DNA from: an uncultured Gemmatimonas sp.
GTDB lineage: Bacteria > Gemmatimonadota > Gemmatimonadetes > Longimicrobiales > Gaopeijiaceae
Direction of reading: 5' to 3'
DNA length: 64,000 bases
NCBI GenBank assembly: GCA_964490285.1
Contig: CAZBCN010000006.1
Coordinates: 13,720-77,719 of the forward strand
This document shows, piece after piece, positions 56,452 to 64,000 of this stretch. The position numbers and the translations under genes are program-made. Below the pieces are notes generated by a model, which saw nothing but the letters and a program-made list of their open reading frames with translations, was not told where the DNA came from and searched no databases. Positions within the stretch are counted from its first letter, which is position 1, and each line of letters begins with the position of its first letter.

Positions 56452-56666
56452 GACCCTGGTCGACTGGCTCCTCAATGAGGAGCTTCTGCGGATCGTGCCG
56501 TCGACTGGGGTTGGCAGACGAGGTTCGCTACTCGATCGTGCCCGTCTTGATCGGTGACGGCATTTCCTTCTTCCAAGGGCTCGAGAAGGACGTGGCGCTG
56601 CACCTGCTGGAAGCGAAGGCTTACAAGAAGTTGGCGGGTATGGTCGTCGACATCTACAAGTTGCAG
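56452..56666 (+). pseudogene. 5'-truncated, frameshifted remnant of a RibD-C/dihydrofolate-reductase-family gene
   Basis: GLADEVRYSIVPVLIGDGISFFQGLEKDVALHLLEAKAYK..GMVVDIYK matches only the last 55 aa or so of the roughly 180-aa family. The preceding TLVDWLLNE lies in another frame. GC is locally lower. Confidence 0.45.
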
Positions 56667-56752
56667 AGAGGGTATGACCGCAAGGCGCCCGTCGCGTGGA
56701 TGCTGATTCACTCCCTGATCATCGGCTCGGGCCTCTACTTCCTCGGCGGCGC

Positions 56753-57787
56753 TTGACGCGCGTACGTACGTCGGCTCTCGCGATGGCCCTCTGGGCCGCG
56801 GGCGCCGCCCTCTCGGGATGCAGCGGAACCACGAGTCCGGAGGACGAGTGGACGGGCCCTTTGCGTCCCGCCGTCTTCGTCCAATCACCGCTCCGGCTTT
56901 CGGACATCACCGAGATCATCTCGATCGGTAACCTGGCGCCCCCTGGGCACACGCTCCCTACCGAGCACGCGTACTTCTTCTTCGAGAAGGACTACGCTCC
57001 GAGCGCGCCCCTCCCGCGGCTGCCGGTCTTCGTCCCCGCTTCCGGAAGGGTGACGCGAACGATGGTGATGGACCACCCGAACAGCTTTCGGGTGGACATC
57101 CAGGTGAACCCCTGGCTGTCGTACTACATGATCCTGATCGATCTCGATCCCGCGAAATACACGCCAGGGCGGGCGGTCACCGCAGGCGAGCAGATCGGCG
57201 TGACGTTCGGGATCGCGAATACGCTCGACCTGGGTGTCATCAATCGGCGTCTGGAGCGGAAAAGCTTCGCGCGGCCGGAGCGTTACGACCACGCCGACAC
57301 CCATTGGATCGATTCGCCTTTCCGCTATTTCGCGGAGCCGGTGCGCAGCGACATCTACGCTCGGGTGAACCGCGAAGGGGCGGACAAGGACGGGACTCTG
57401 GAAGTCGACGTCGTCGGGAGCCTCGCCGGGATGTGGTACCGGGAGGACGTTCCGGTGAATACGGCCGATCGCGCGCTCCTTTCTCGCGCCATCGTCTTCG
57501 CTCCGGACGTTCGTCGTCCCACGGAGAAGCGCGTTTCGATCGGCGAGGGCTTCTCGATCCAAGGGCTCTACGGCGTCCAGGCCGGAGCGCCCGAGTTCGC
57601 GGACGTCGGGCCCGGCACCGGGCGCATCGGCTACCGTCTCGACGCGATGGACAACAGCTCGGACCCATGGCGCGGGGTCCTGGTGGTGCAGCTCGTCGAC
57701 GCGACCTCGCTCGATGTCGAGTTCTTCCCGGGCGCTACGGACCTGGCACTGGCGTTCACGGGCGACAAGACGCGGTACGTGCGATAG
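56753..57787 (+). CDS. hypothetical lipoprotein
   Basis: TTG 56753 gives MTRVRTSALAMALWAAGAALSGC, with a lipobox. ATG 56783 is the alternative. No family recognised; a degenerate M23-like barrel is only a guess. Confidence 0.55.
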   Translation: MTRVRTSALAMALWAAGAALSGCSGTTSPEDEWTGPLRPAVFVQSPLRLSDITEIISIGNLAPPGHTLPTEHAYFFFEKDYAPSAPLPRLPVFVPASGRVTRTMVMDHPNSFRVDIQVNPWLSYYMILIDLDPAKYTPGRAVTAGEQIGVTFGIANTLDLGVINRRLERKSFARPERYDHADTHWIDSPFRYFAEPVRSDIYARVNREGADKDGTLEVDVVGSLAGMWYREDVPVNTADRALLSRAIVFAPDVRRPTEKRVSIGEGFSIQGLYGVQAGAPEFADVGPGTGRIGYRLDAMDNSSDPWRGVLVVQLVDATSLDVEFFPGATDLALAFTGDKTRYVR

Positions 57788-57866
57788 GCGCCGCCATGCG
57801 CCCCCCGCACTCGGGCCTTCGCTGGTCCATGCCGCGGGGGTCCCGTGTCATGACGTCGACCCGAGC

Positions 57867-58193
57867 ATGTCTCGACGTGGAGCCATCTTGGCAGAGTCGA
57901 CACCTGTATCGCGCAGGGGGTTCGTCAAGGCGGCCGGCGGCATGGCGGGCGTCGCCGCGCTGCCCACGGACCACTGGACGCCGCCGGACTCGCCCCAGGT
58001 GTCCGCTCCAGCCGGGCCCGCGCTGACGCTCCGGAACGTCGGGGGCTACCCCGGCCTGACGCCGCGCGGCGCCGGTTGGCTGCGGTTCCTTTGGGAGAAG
58101 GCCACGACGCGCAACGATTGGACCTCGGCCGGCGTTCCTCATCCGTGGTGGGATCGGTACACGGCGCCGGTCGTGCTGAGCGGGTCGAGCTGA
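57867..58193 (+). pseudogene. 108-aa N-terminal fragment of a Tat-exported protein (apparently truncated)
   Basis: Tat signal SRRGFVKAAGGMAGVAAL. The frame stops after ...WWDRYTAPVVLSGSS, and no continuation is visible in any frame. Confidence 0.4.
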
Positions 58194-58245
58194 GGTGATC
58201 GAGACGGGACCCCAGAACGGACGAGACGAACCGCACGGGAGTGTT

Positions 58246-58420
58246 ATGTCCGACATCTACCACGCCGGAAGCCGAGACCTCCAGGATAAGCACGACAGGT
58301 TCACGGCCGACGAAAGGCGTTCATCGAGCACCTCGACATGGTCAACATCGGCGCCGCCGGGACCTTCGTGGTTCGGCGCCCCGTCCCCCGACGCCGGCTC
58401 CGCGCCGAGTTGGCGCGCAG
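58246..58420 (+). pseudogene. possible degraded pyridoxamine-5-phosphate-oxidase-family (FMN split-barrel) gene
   Basis: MSDIYHAGSRDLQDK resembles the family N-terminus (YH-GeR-lQ). AFIEHLDMVNIGAAG continues in a different frame. After that nothing is recognisable. Confidence 0.3.
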
Positions 58421-58995
58421 GCTCCCTTCGATGCCGAGGTCGTGATCTGCGAAGGGATGGAGATCGTCCGACTCCTGTCTGGACGAAGTCGGCCTGTCGA
58501 AGCGGGCCAGGTATCGGGCACTCCAACGGGCCATCGTCCTGTCGGCCGGATTCGCCCCGCAACGGGTGAATTCAGGGGCGGCCTCGGCGCCATCTTGCGG
58601 ACTCCGGTGGGCTAGCTAAGACTGTCCGCCGCCCCCCCATGGCGAACATCCCTGTAATCCTCACCTTGCGCGACGCACCCGTGCATCCGCTCGCTGCGGC
58701 TAAGTCGCGCGCAGTGGTAGCCGCATTGTTCGCTGGTGTGGCCCTCCCGCCATCGTCTGCGGCGCCGAGTGACGGACGCTTCTCGTTCGTCGACCCCTCG
58801 TGTTGGACGGTCGGCCTGAACCGGAGCACGGGGCAACGATCACGTCATCCGAGCCGACGTTTTTCAAGCCATCCAGCTCACTGTTTTTCCACCCGGGCGC
58901 GTCTCGCCGGGTCTCGTACGTGGGTCGACGTTGCCGTCAAGGCATCGGCGGCAACGGCACCGCCATTAGATAGCTCAAGTCAATAGGAGAACATC

Positions 58996-61900
58996 GTGAA
59001 GTGCACGCGTCGTTGGGCGAATGCCCTGGTCGCAATGCTGATGGTCGGCACGTTCATCAGTTGCCGAGAAGTCGAGCCGCTGGCCCCGCTGGCGGATAGA
59101 CCGAACTTCGCCATTTCAGACGCTGTGCACGGAGATGGAGTCGCGGGCTTCTACTTCCGTTCTCCCATGGTCCCCGACGTGCCGCTCCCCGGCACGTTCG
59201 ATCCTGGATTGAATCCGGAGGTCACGGTCTGTGAATGGGATGGGACGACCTGCGCCGCGCTCATCGCGCATTTCACGACCACGTCGGGCCCGGGGGCGGA
59301 GAGCGTCAGGGCCAACGGCGACCACTACCAGGTCAATTGGCACGCGAGGGACTACGATCTCGACCCTGCCAAGACCTACCGGATCGTCGTGGCCGTCGGT
59401 GGAACGGAGTTGGGCTTTGCCGATGTGGATGTCGTCGCCAACGGCCGAGAGCTAAAGAACGTGAACACCGGCGAGTTCATTCCGCTCGTCGAGGATCGCA
59501 CCCTGCCCATCAAGTTCTACATCCAAGCCGGAACGGTTGCGGCGTTCGGACCGTCGGGCGGGCACTTCGTTTTGGCGGACGGCGACGTCGAGATCACGGT
59601 TCCCGAGGGTCTCCTGCAGCAGCCACTGGGCATCACCGTGCGTCGCGCTCCGCTCGATGCGGGTGAGTACGCGGATGCCGCGCTGATGCCGGGCACGACG
59701 TACGACTTCGGGCCCGACGGTACCGTGTTCGACGCCCCAGGCATCCGCGTCACGATTCACTACGATCCGGCGAATCTCGGTGACATGACTCCCGACCAGC
59801 TGACGCTGGTGACGCAGATCGACGGACTCTGGGCTGACCTCGGCAACGTCGCCGTGGATGAGAGCGCCCGCACTGTAAGCGCAGATCTGGCGCACTTCAC
59901 GTTGGTGAACATCGCGGCGATCATCAAGCCGGTCATCACTGGTCCAGACCCGCTGAACATGGTCACAGGGCAGGTCCTCGACCTGATTGGCGAGGTCGGC
60001 TACCGTCGCGCGGCGTACTGGAGGTCCAGCGCATCCACGATCGTTTCCGTCGACACGCCGATCGGGCCGCTGAGCGGGAGGATCACGGCCAGGACGCCAG
60101 GCACGGCGAACATCTATCTCACCACCGAGGACCCGGTGGTCGCGACGGTCGTGAGGGCGGACACACTCAGGGTGAACGTCAGCGCACCGGGCATCGGTTC
60201 TCTCCACAACGTGACGGGCGGGTTCAACTTCACATGCGGCCAGGACGGAAGTGGTGTCGCGTATTGCTGGGGCCAGAACTCATTCGGTCAACTGGGTGAT
60301 CGCACCACCACGAATCGCTCGACACCTGTGCCGGTAGCTGGTAACCTGCAGTATACCACGGTTGTCGCCGGGGGCGCGCACGCGTGTGGACTCACCGTGG
60401 ATGGCAGGGCCTGGTGCTGGGGACGCAACAACTTCGGTCAGCTGGGTGACAACACGCTCATCGATCGCGCGGCGCCCGCGCCGGTCATGGGGGACTGGCG
60501 CTTCGCGCTGATCACGGCGGGTGACCGACACACGTGCGGCTTCACGCTGGTGCAGCCGACCCAACCAGCCGCTCTGCTCTGCTGGGGATCCAACGAGTGG
60601 GGCCAGTCCGGCGGTGCGCTCGGCGGAGCGGCAGCAAAGCAGCCGTTTGCCCTTCAGGTGAACCCGGCCGGCGGCGTCAGCAGTCTGGACGCGGGCCTGG
60701 GTCATACCTGCGCCGTGATTGGCGGTGCCGCCACGTGCTGGGGGCTCAACAGCAACGGTCAGCTCGGCGATGGGTCGACCACGAACTCGACCTTCGCTTA
60801 CAACCGAGTCCAGCCGCCAAGGCCGTTCCGTTCGATCAGCGCCGGACCCGCGCACACGTGCGCGATCACGACGTCCGATGAAGCCTACTGCTGGGGCCGC
60901 AACACTGCTGGCCAGCTCGGTGACAACACTACGACGGATCGAGGCCTCGCGAACCTGCCGGTCAGCGGCGTGGAACTGTGGTCTCAGATCGACGCCGGTG
61001 GATCCACCGGCACGACCTGCGCCCTCACGACTTCCGCGAGCCTGAACCCCGACAAGCTGTACTGCTGGGGCCGTAACGCGGCGGGCAATGTCGGCGACGG
61101 CACGAACATCGACCGCGCGGTGCCCGTCGAGGTGAGCAGCGGCGAAACTTTCCGCCAAGTCGGCGCCACCGGTGGGGGGCACGTATGCGCGACGGAGGTG
61201 GGCGGCGGTGGCTGGTGCTGGGGCCTCAACGCCTTCGGGCAGTTGGGGGACAACTCGCTCACCAGCCGAAATGCGCCAGTACAGGTCGGCGCGTTCACGG
61301 TGGTACCGGGCCTCCTCCCGGGGTCGCTGTCCGGGTCCGTCAAGCGGCTGTTCTTGAACACGCCGCTGCACACGGTGCGGGTATCACCCACCTATGGGTT
61401 CCCGTCGCTGACGGACGCGCAGGGGGCCTATGCGCTCGGCCCAATGATTCCGGGCCCGACGACGCTGAAGCTCGAGTTCCTGCCGGCCGGGTGCGTCGAT
61501 CCCGGCATCAACTGGACGATTCAGAGTGGTCAAAATCCCGGGCTGCTCATCCAGGTTCCGTGCTACGAGATCGCGTCGGTGGCGATCGCTCCTGCGGCGG
61601 CTACACTGCAGGTAGGGACGATCCTGACGCCAGTCGTCACCGTTCGGGACAATCAGGGCACGGTCGTGCCCGTGCAGGCGACGTTCTCCACCACGGGGCC
61701 GATCTCCGTGACACCGACCGGCCAGGTGACCGCGCAGTTCGTGGGTAGCGGCGTGTTGACGGCGACTGCCTCGCCCGCGTTCGGCCAATCGCGGATCACG
61801 GTGCAGGGCGGTTGTGCCGCGGCTCCCGTGGCCGGCTGCGTGCTGACGGGTCACGTGCCCGCGCTCGCGCCGTACCTCCGTTCCGTCGGCGCTCCCGCCG

Positions 61901-62982
61901 CGACCACGATCGAGTTCACGAACGCAGGCATCTTTGGCATCAAGGTGTTCTGGCTGGACTACAATGGAACGCCGCAGCCGTACCTCGACCTGGCCCCGGG
62001 TCAGACCCAGGGCATCGGCACATTCACGACGCATCCCTGGCTCGTGACCAATGATTTTGGGACGCCTCTCGGCGTCTACGTGAATCCTGCGACGACGCTC
62101 GCGAGGGTGATCCAAGGAGGTGTCTTACCGTCGTACACGAACGTGCGGGACAACGGCTTCCCCCTCAGCTCGGTCTGGGGCTCATCCGCGAGCGACGTGT
62201 GGGCCGTTGGATTTGGCGCCCATCCGCTACGCTACCAGGGTGGAACCTGGGGCGTGGTGAACACACCCACGACGCCGCCGCACGGGCCCCTCAACGACGT
62301 TTGGGGCACCGGCGCCAACGATGTCTATGCAGTTGGTTGGAGCGGCCGGATCATTCACTTCGATGGAGCCAACTGGAGTGCCCCCGCGCCCGGTATCCCC
62401 GACGTATTCCTGAACGGTGTGTGGGGTGCCGGCGGCCGGGTGTATGCGGTCGGCAGCGCGGGCACGATCATGGCGTACGATGGCGTGAGCTGGGCGCCGG
62501 AAGTCAGCAACACGGCGGTCCAGTTGCAAGACGTGTGGGCGGCCGACGCCAACAACGTGTGGGCAGTCGGAGACGGCGGGGTCATCGTTCGTCGTGTGGG
62601 CGGCGTTTGGGTGGAGCAGGTGGTAGGTCCGCCCACGCGAAGCTTCCGTGGCGTATGGGGCACGTCGATCAGCAACGTGTACGCGGTCGGTCAGGGCGGG
62701 ATGATCTACCGCTTCGACGGGAGCAACTGGATCGCGGAGACAAGCAACACGACCCAGACGCTGCAGGCGGTCGGCGGCACGTCGACGGGCGCCGTCGTTG
62801 CGATCGGCGCTCAGGGCACGTACCTACGCCGCACGGGCGTGGGCGGCTGGGTCCCGCAGCCGGTCCCGTCAGCGGATGTATTGGAGGGGATCTGGTTCGC
62901 CTCATCGACCGACGCGGTCGTCGTCAGCAGCATCTCGACGACAGTGCCGCAGACCGGGGCGATCCTGCGCGGACTTCCCTGA
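58996..62982 (+). CDS. 1328-aa multidomain lipoprotein: N-terminal domain, Ig-like, 7x RCC1 propeller, CarboxypepD_reg-like, Ig-like, VHL-beta-like, and a second 7-blade propeller
   Basis: AGGAGA SD and GTG start. Lipobox MVGTFISC. Seven CWG-N--GQLGD repeats. Segment LRSV...FTN...WLDYNGTPQPY...HPWL. Seven L-dVWG---n-VyAVG--G-i--fDG--W blades. Confidence 0.85.
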   Translation: MKCTRRWANALVAMLMVGTFISCREVEPLAPLADRPNFAISDAVHGDGVAGFYFRSPMVPDVPLPGTFDPGLNPEVTVCEWDGTTCAALIAHFTTTSGPGAESVRANGDHYQVNWHARDYDLDPAKTYRIVVAVGGTELGFADVDVVANGRELKNVNTGEFIPLVEDRTLPIKFYIQAGTVAAFGPSGGHFVLADGDVEITVPEGLLQQPLGITVRRAPLDAGEYADAALMPGTTYDFGPDGTVFDAPGIRVTIHYDPANLGDMTPDQLTLVTQIDGLWADLGNVAVDESARTVSADLAHFTLVNIAAIIKPVITGPDPLNMVTGQVLDLIGEVGYRRAAYWRSSASTIVSVDTPIGPLSGRITARTPGTANIYLTTEDPVVATVVRADTLRVNVSAPGIGSLHNVTGGFNFTCGQDGSGVAYCWGQNSFGQLGDRTTTNRSTPVPVAGNLQYTTVVAGGAHACGLTVDGRAWCWGRNNFGQLGDNTLIDRAAPAPVMGDWRFALITAGDRHTCGFTLVQPTQPAALLCWGSNEWGQSGGALGGAAAKQPFALQVNPAGGVSSLDAGLGHTCAVIGGAATCWGLNSNGQLGDGSTTNSTFAYNRVQPPRPFRSISAGPAHTCAITTSDEAYCWGRNTAGQLGDNTTTDRGLANLPVSGVELWSQIDAGGSTGTTCALTTSASLNPDKLYCWGRNAAGNVGDGTNIDRAVPVEVSSGETFRQVGATGGGHVCATEVGGGGWCWGLNAFGQLGDNSLTSRNAPVQVGAFTVVPGLLPGSLSGSVKRLFLNTPLHTVRVSPTYGFPSLTDAQGAYALGPMIPGPTTLKLEFLPAGCVDPGINWTIQSGQNPGLLIQVPCYEIASVAIAPAAATLQVGTILTPVVTVRDNQGTVVPVQATFSTTGPISVTPTGQVTAQFVGSGVLTATASPAFGQSRITVQGGCAAAPVAGCVLTGHVPALAPYLRSVGAPAATTIEFTNAGIFGIKVFWLDYNGTPQPYLDLAPGQTQGIGTFTTHPWLVTNDFGTPLGVYVNPATTLARVIQGGVLPSYTNVRDNGFPLSSVWGSSASDVWAVGFGAHPLRYQGGTWGVVNTPTTPPHGPLNDVWGTGANDVYAVGWSGRIIHFDGANWSAPAPGIPDVFLNGVWGAGGRVYAVGSAGTIMAYDGVSWAPEVSNTAVQLQDVWAADANNVWAVGDGGVIVRRVGGVWVEQVVGPPTRSFRGVWGTSISNVYAVGQGGMIYRFDGSNWIAETSNTTQTLQAVGGTSTGAVVAIGAQGTYLRRTGVGGWVPQPVPSADVLEGIWFASSTDAVVVSSISTTVPQTGAILRGLP
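60200..61290 (+). repeat. seven RCC1-type repeats (beta-propeller)
   Basis: YCWGQNSFGQLGD, WCWGRNNFGQLGD, LCWGSNEWGQSGG, TCWGLNSNGQLGD, YCWGRNTAGQLGD, YCWGRNAAGNVGD, WCWGLNAFGQLGD. Confidence 0.8.
62165..62979 (+). repeat. seven repeats of about 40 aa forming a second predicted propeller
   Basis: VWGSSASDVWAVG, VWGTGANDVYAVG, VWGAGGRVYAVG, VWAADANNVWAVG, VWGTSISNVYAVG, VGGTSTGAVVAIG, IWFASSTDAVVVS. Confidence 0.65.
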
Positions 62983-63006
62983 GATTCGAGCTACTGTTGC
63001 AGCCGG

Positions 63007-63042
63007 GAGCCGGAAGCCCAGGAACGCCTGGGCTTCCGGCTC
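63007..63042 (+). terminator. 16-bp perfect hairpin 24 nt after the giant gene (no U-tract)
   Basis: GAGCCGGAAGCCCAGG-AACG-CCTGGGCTTCCGGCTC. Confidence 0.5.
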
Positions 63043-63149
63043 GGCGACACCTCGACCGAGTCCGACGGTCCGCGCTACGAGCGAGGGCGCCTTCGCCACG
63101 GTGGGCGCGAGCACCGGGATCGTGACGGGCGTGGGCGGCGGCCTCACCT

Positions 63150-63560
63150 CCGTCCTCCACGGTCGGCCCGAGGGCGCTGTCCTCGGTCGACGTACCGGTC
63201 CCGCGTTCTCCCGACGGGCAAGAAGAGCGTGCCGTCGGGAGCGAAGAGGATACGCGCTCCGGACGAGGTCGTGAACGGAGTGCCGGTCGACTCGTACAGG
63301 ATCTCCAGATCGCGGAGCGCGCCGCCGTCGAAGCGCGCGCGGGCCAGCGCGACCCGGGCCTCTTCGTTCGCCGTCCTGTAGGTGAGATAGACGTAGCGGT
63401 CTCCGCAAACCGCGGATGGAGCGCGACCTCGGCTATGGGTGCTGGAGATTCGCTGTCGTATGGATCTCGGCGAGGAAGCGCTCCGCGCCCAGGACTGCGG
63501 CGAGCGCGGGCTTCAGACGTTGAGCGCGACCTTCCGGCCGTGACGGAGATCTTCAACCAG
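63150..63560 (-). pseudogene. frameshifted, truncated remnant of a PQQ-dependent sugar (glucose/sorbosone) dehydrogenase-like gene
   Basis: One frame reads ...EVALHPRFAE. The next frame reads DRYVYLTYRTANEEARVALARARFDGGALRDLEILYESTGTPFTTSSGARILFAPDGTLFLPVG and then stops. Together these match the family motif alHPdFa-n-yvY-tY ... FgPDG-Ly. Confidence 0.4.
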
Positions 63561-63717
63561 GTTCCGCCCCACACGCGCTGACAGAGCCCTCCCGACAGAG
63601 GTAGGCCCCACCCCGCGGTAGTCTCTTTCGACAACTGTCCGTACTCCCATCGGACCGCCCGCTCTGCCTCCCCGGAGGGCTCTCCCTTTGGGAGGCCCAT
63701 ACTCGGCGGGGGGACCT

Positions 63718-64000
63718 ATGTTACGGGGCAAGAAGCGGAGCGGCGGGCTGAGATTGGTACTCGGACTCCTCGCCGCGCTCACAGGCGCGTGCAAAGGGGG
63801 CGACTCCACGGGCCCACAGGTGACGACCGGGTCGATCAGGGTCGCCACGGTGACCACGGGGGTCGACCTCGACGCTGATGGATTCCAGTTCTCCGTGGAT
63901 GGCGGCGTCCCGCAGGCGATCGGAGTGAACGGCACGGTCACAGTGCCGAACGTGTCGGCCGGAAGTCATTCTATCTCACTCACGGGTTTGGCCGCGAACT
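63718..64000 (+). CDS. lipoprotein, N-terminal part (continues beyond the window)
   Basis: Not in the ORF track because it is open at the window edge. MLRGKKRSGGLRLVLGLLAALTGAC has a lipobox and is followed by beta-rich IRVATVTTGVDLDADGFQFSVDGG... Confidence 0.55.
   Translation, partial: MLRGKKRSGGLRLVLGLLAALTGACKGGDSTGPQVTTGSIRVATVTTGVDLDADGFQFSVDGGVPQAIGVNGTVTVPNVSAGSHSISLTGLAAN

Noticed and set aside
58639-58986. 115-aa ORF (MANIPVILTLRDAPVHPL...) in the gap upstream of the giant gene.
   Set aside because: It has no SD and no motifs, its codon usage is mixed, and it overlaps other equally poor ORFs on both strands. I treated it as non-coding or decayed sequence.

Overview
High-GC bacterial chromosome segment. 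The gene content (ADOP-type duplicated orphan permease, many exported caspase-like proteases, PKD/RCC1/beta-propeller lipoproteins) suggests Gemmatimonadota or Acidobacteriota, but that is inference only. Genes are tightly packed with many ATGA/GTGA start-stop overlaps.

Housekeeping blocks: ggt (partial), spmA-spmB-mpl, panB-panC-aminotransferase, greA, tyrS, and a menaquinone operon menF-menD-menB-(cyclophilin)-menA-menE.

Accessory blocks:
- 11.8-19.0 kb: three exported caspase/peptidase-C14 genes interleaved with PPC-like beta-sandwich repeat arrays. The repeat array is a separate gene in one arm and is fused to the caspase in the other.
- 19.2-21.1 kb: an exported Bcp-type peroxiredoxin whose peroxidatic Cys codon is an in-frame TGA followed by a hairpin (candidate selenoprotein), next to TlpA and CcdA.
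- 22.7-22.9 kb: a promoter- and terminator-bounded intergenic unit of about 210 nt, a candidate sRNA.
- 23.6-30.7 kb: a TetR-TolC-HlyD-2xABC-2xABC2 efflux operon of YbhGFSR type.
- 53.7-56.3 kb: a PKD-repeat lipoprotein.
- 56.4-59.0 kb: a gene-decay zone.
- 59.0-63.0 kb: a 1328-aa lipoprotein with a 7-blade RCC1 propeller, a second 7-blade propeller and a segment that aligns without gaps to the human pVHL beta domain.

I found no rRNA, tRNA, CRISPR array, transposase or integrase. Many long ORFs in the six-frame track are antisense or off-frame shadows typical of high-GC DNA and are rejected. All homology calls come from motif recognition by eye; no searches were run.
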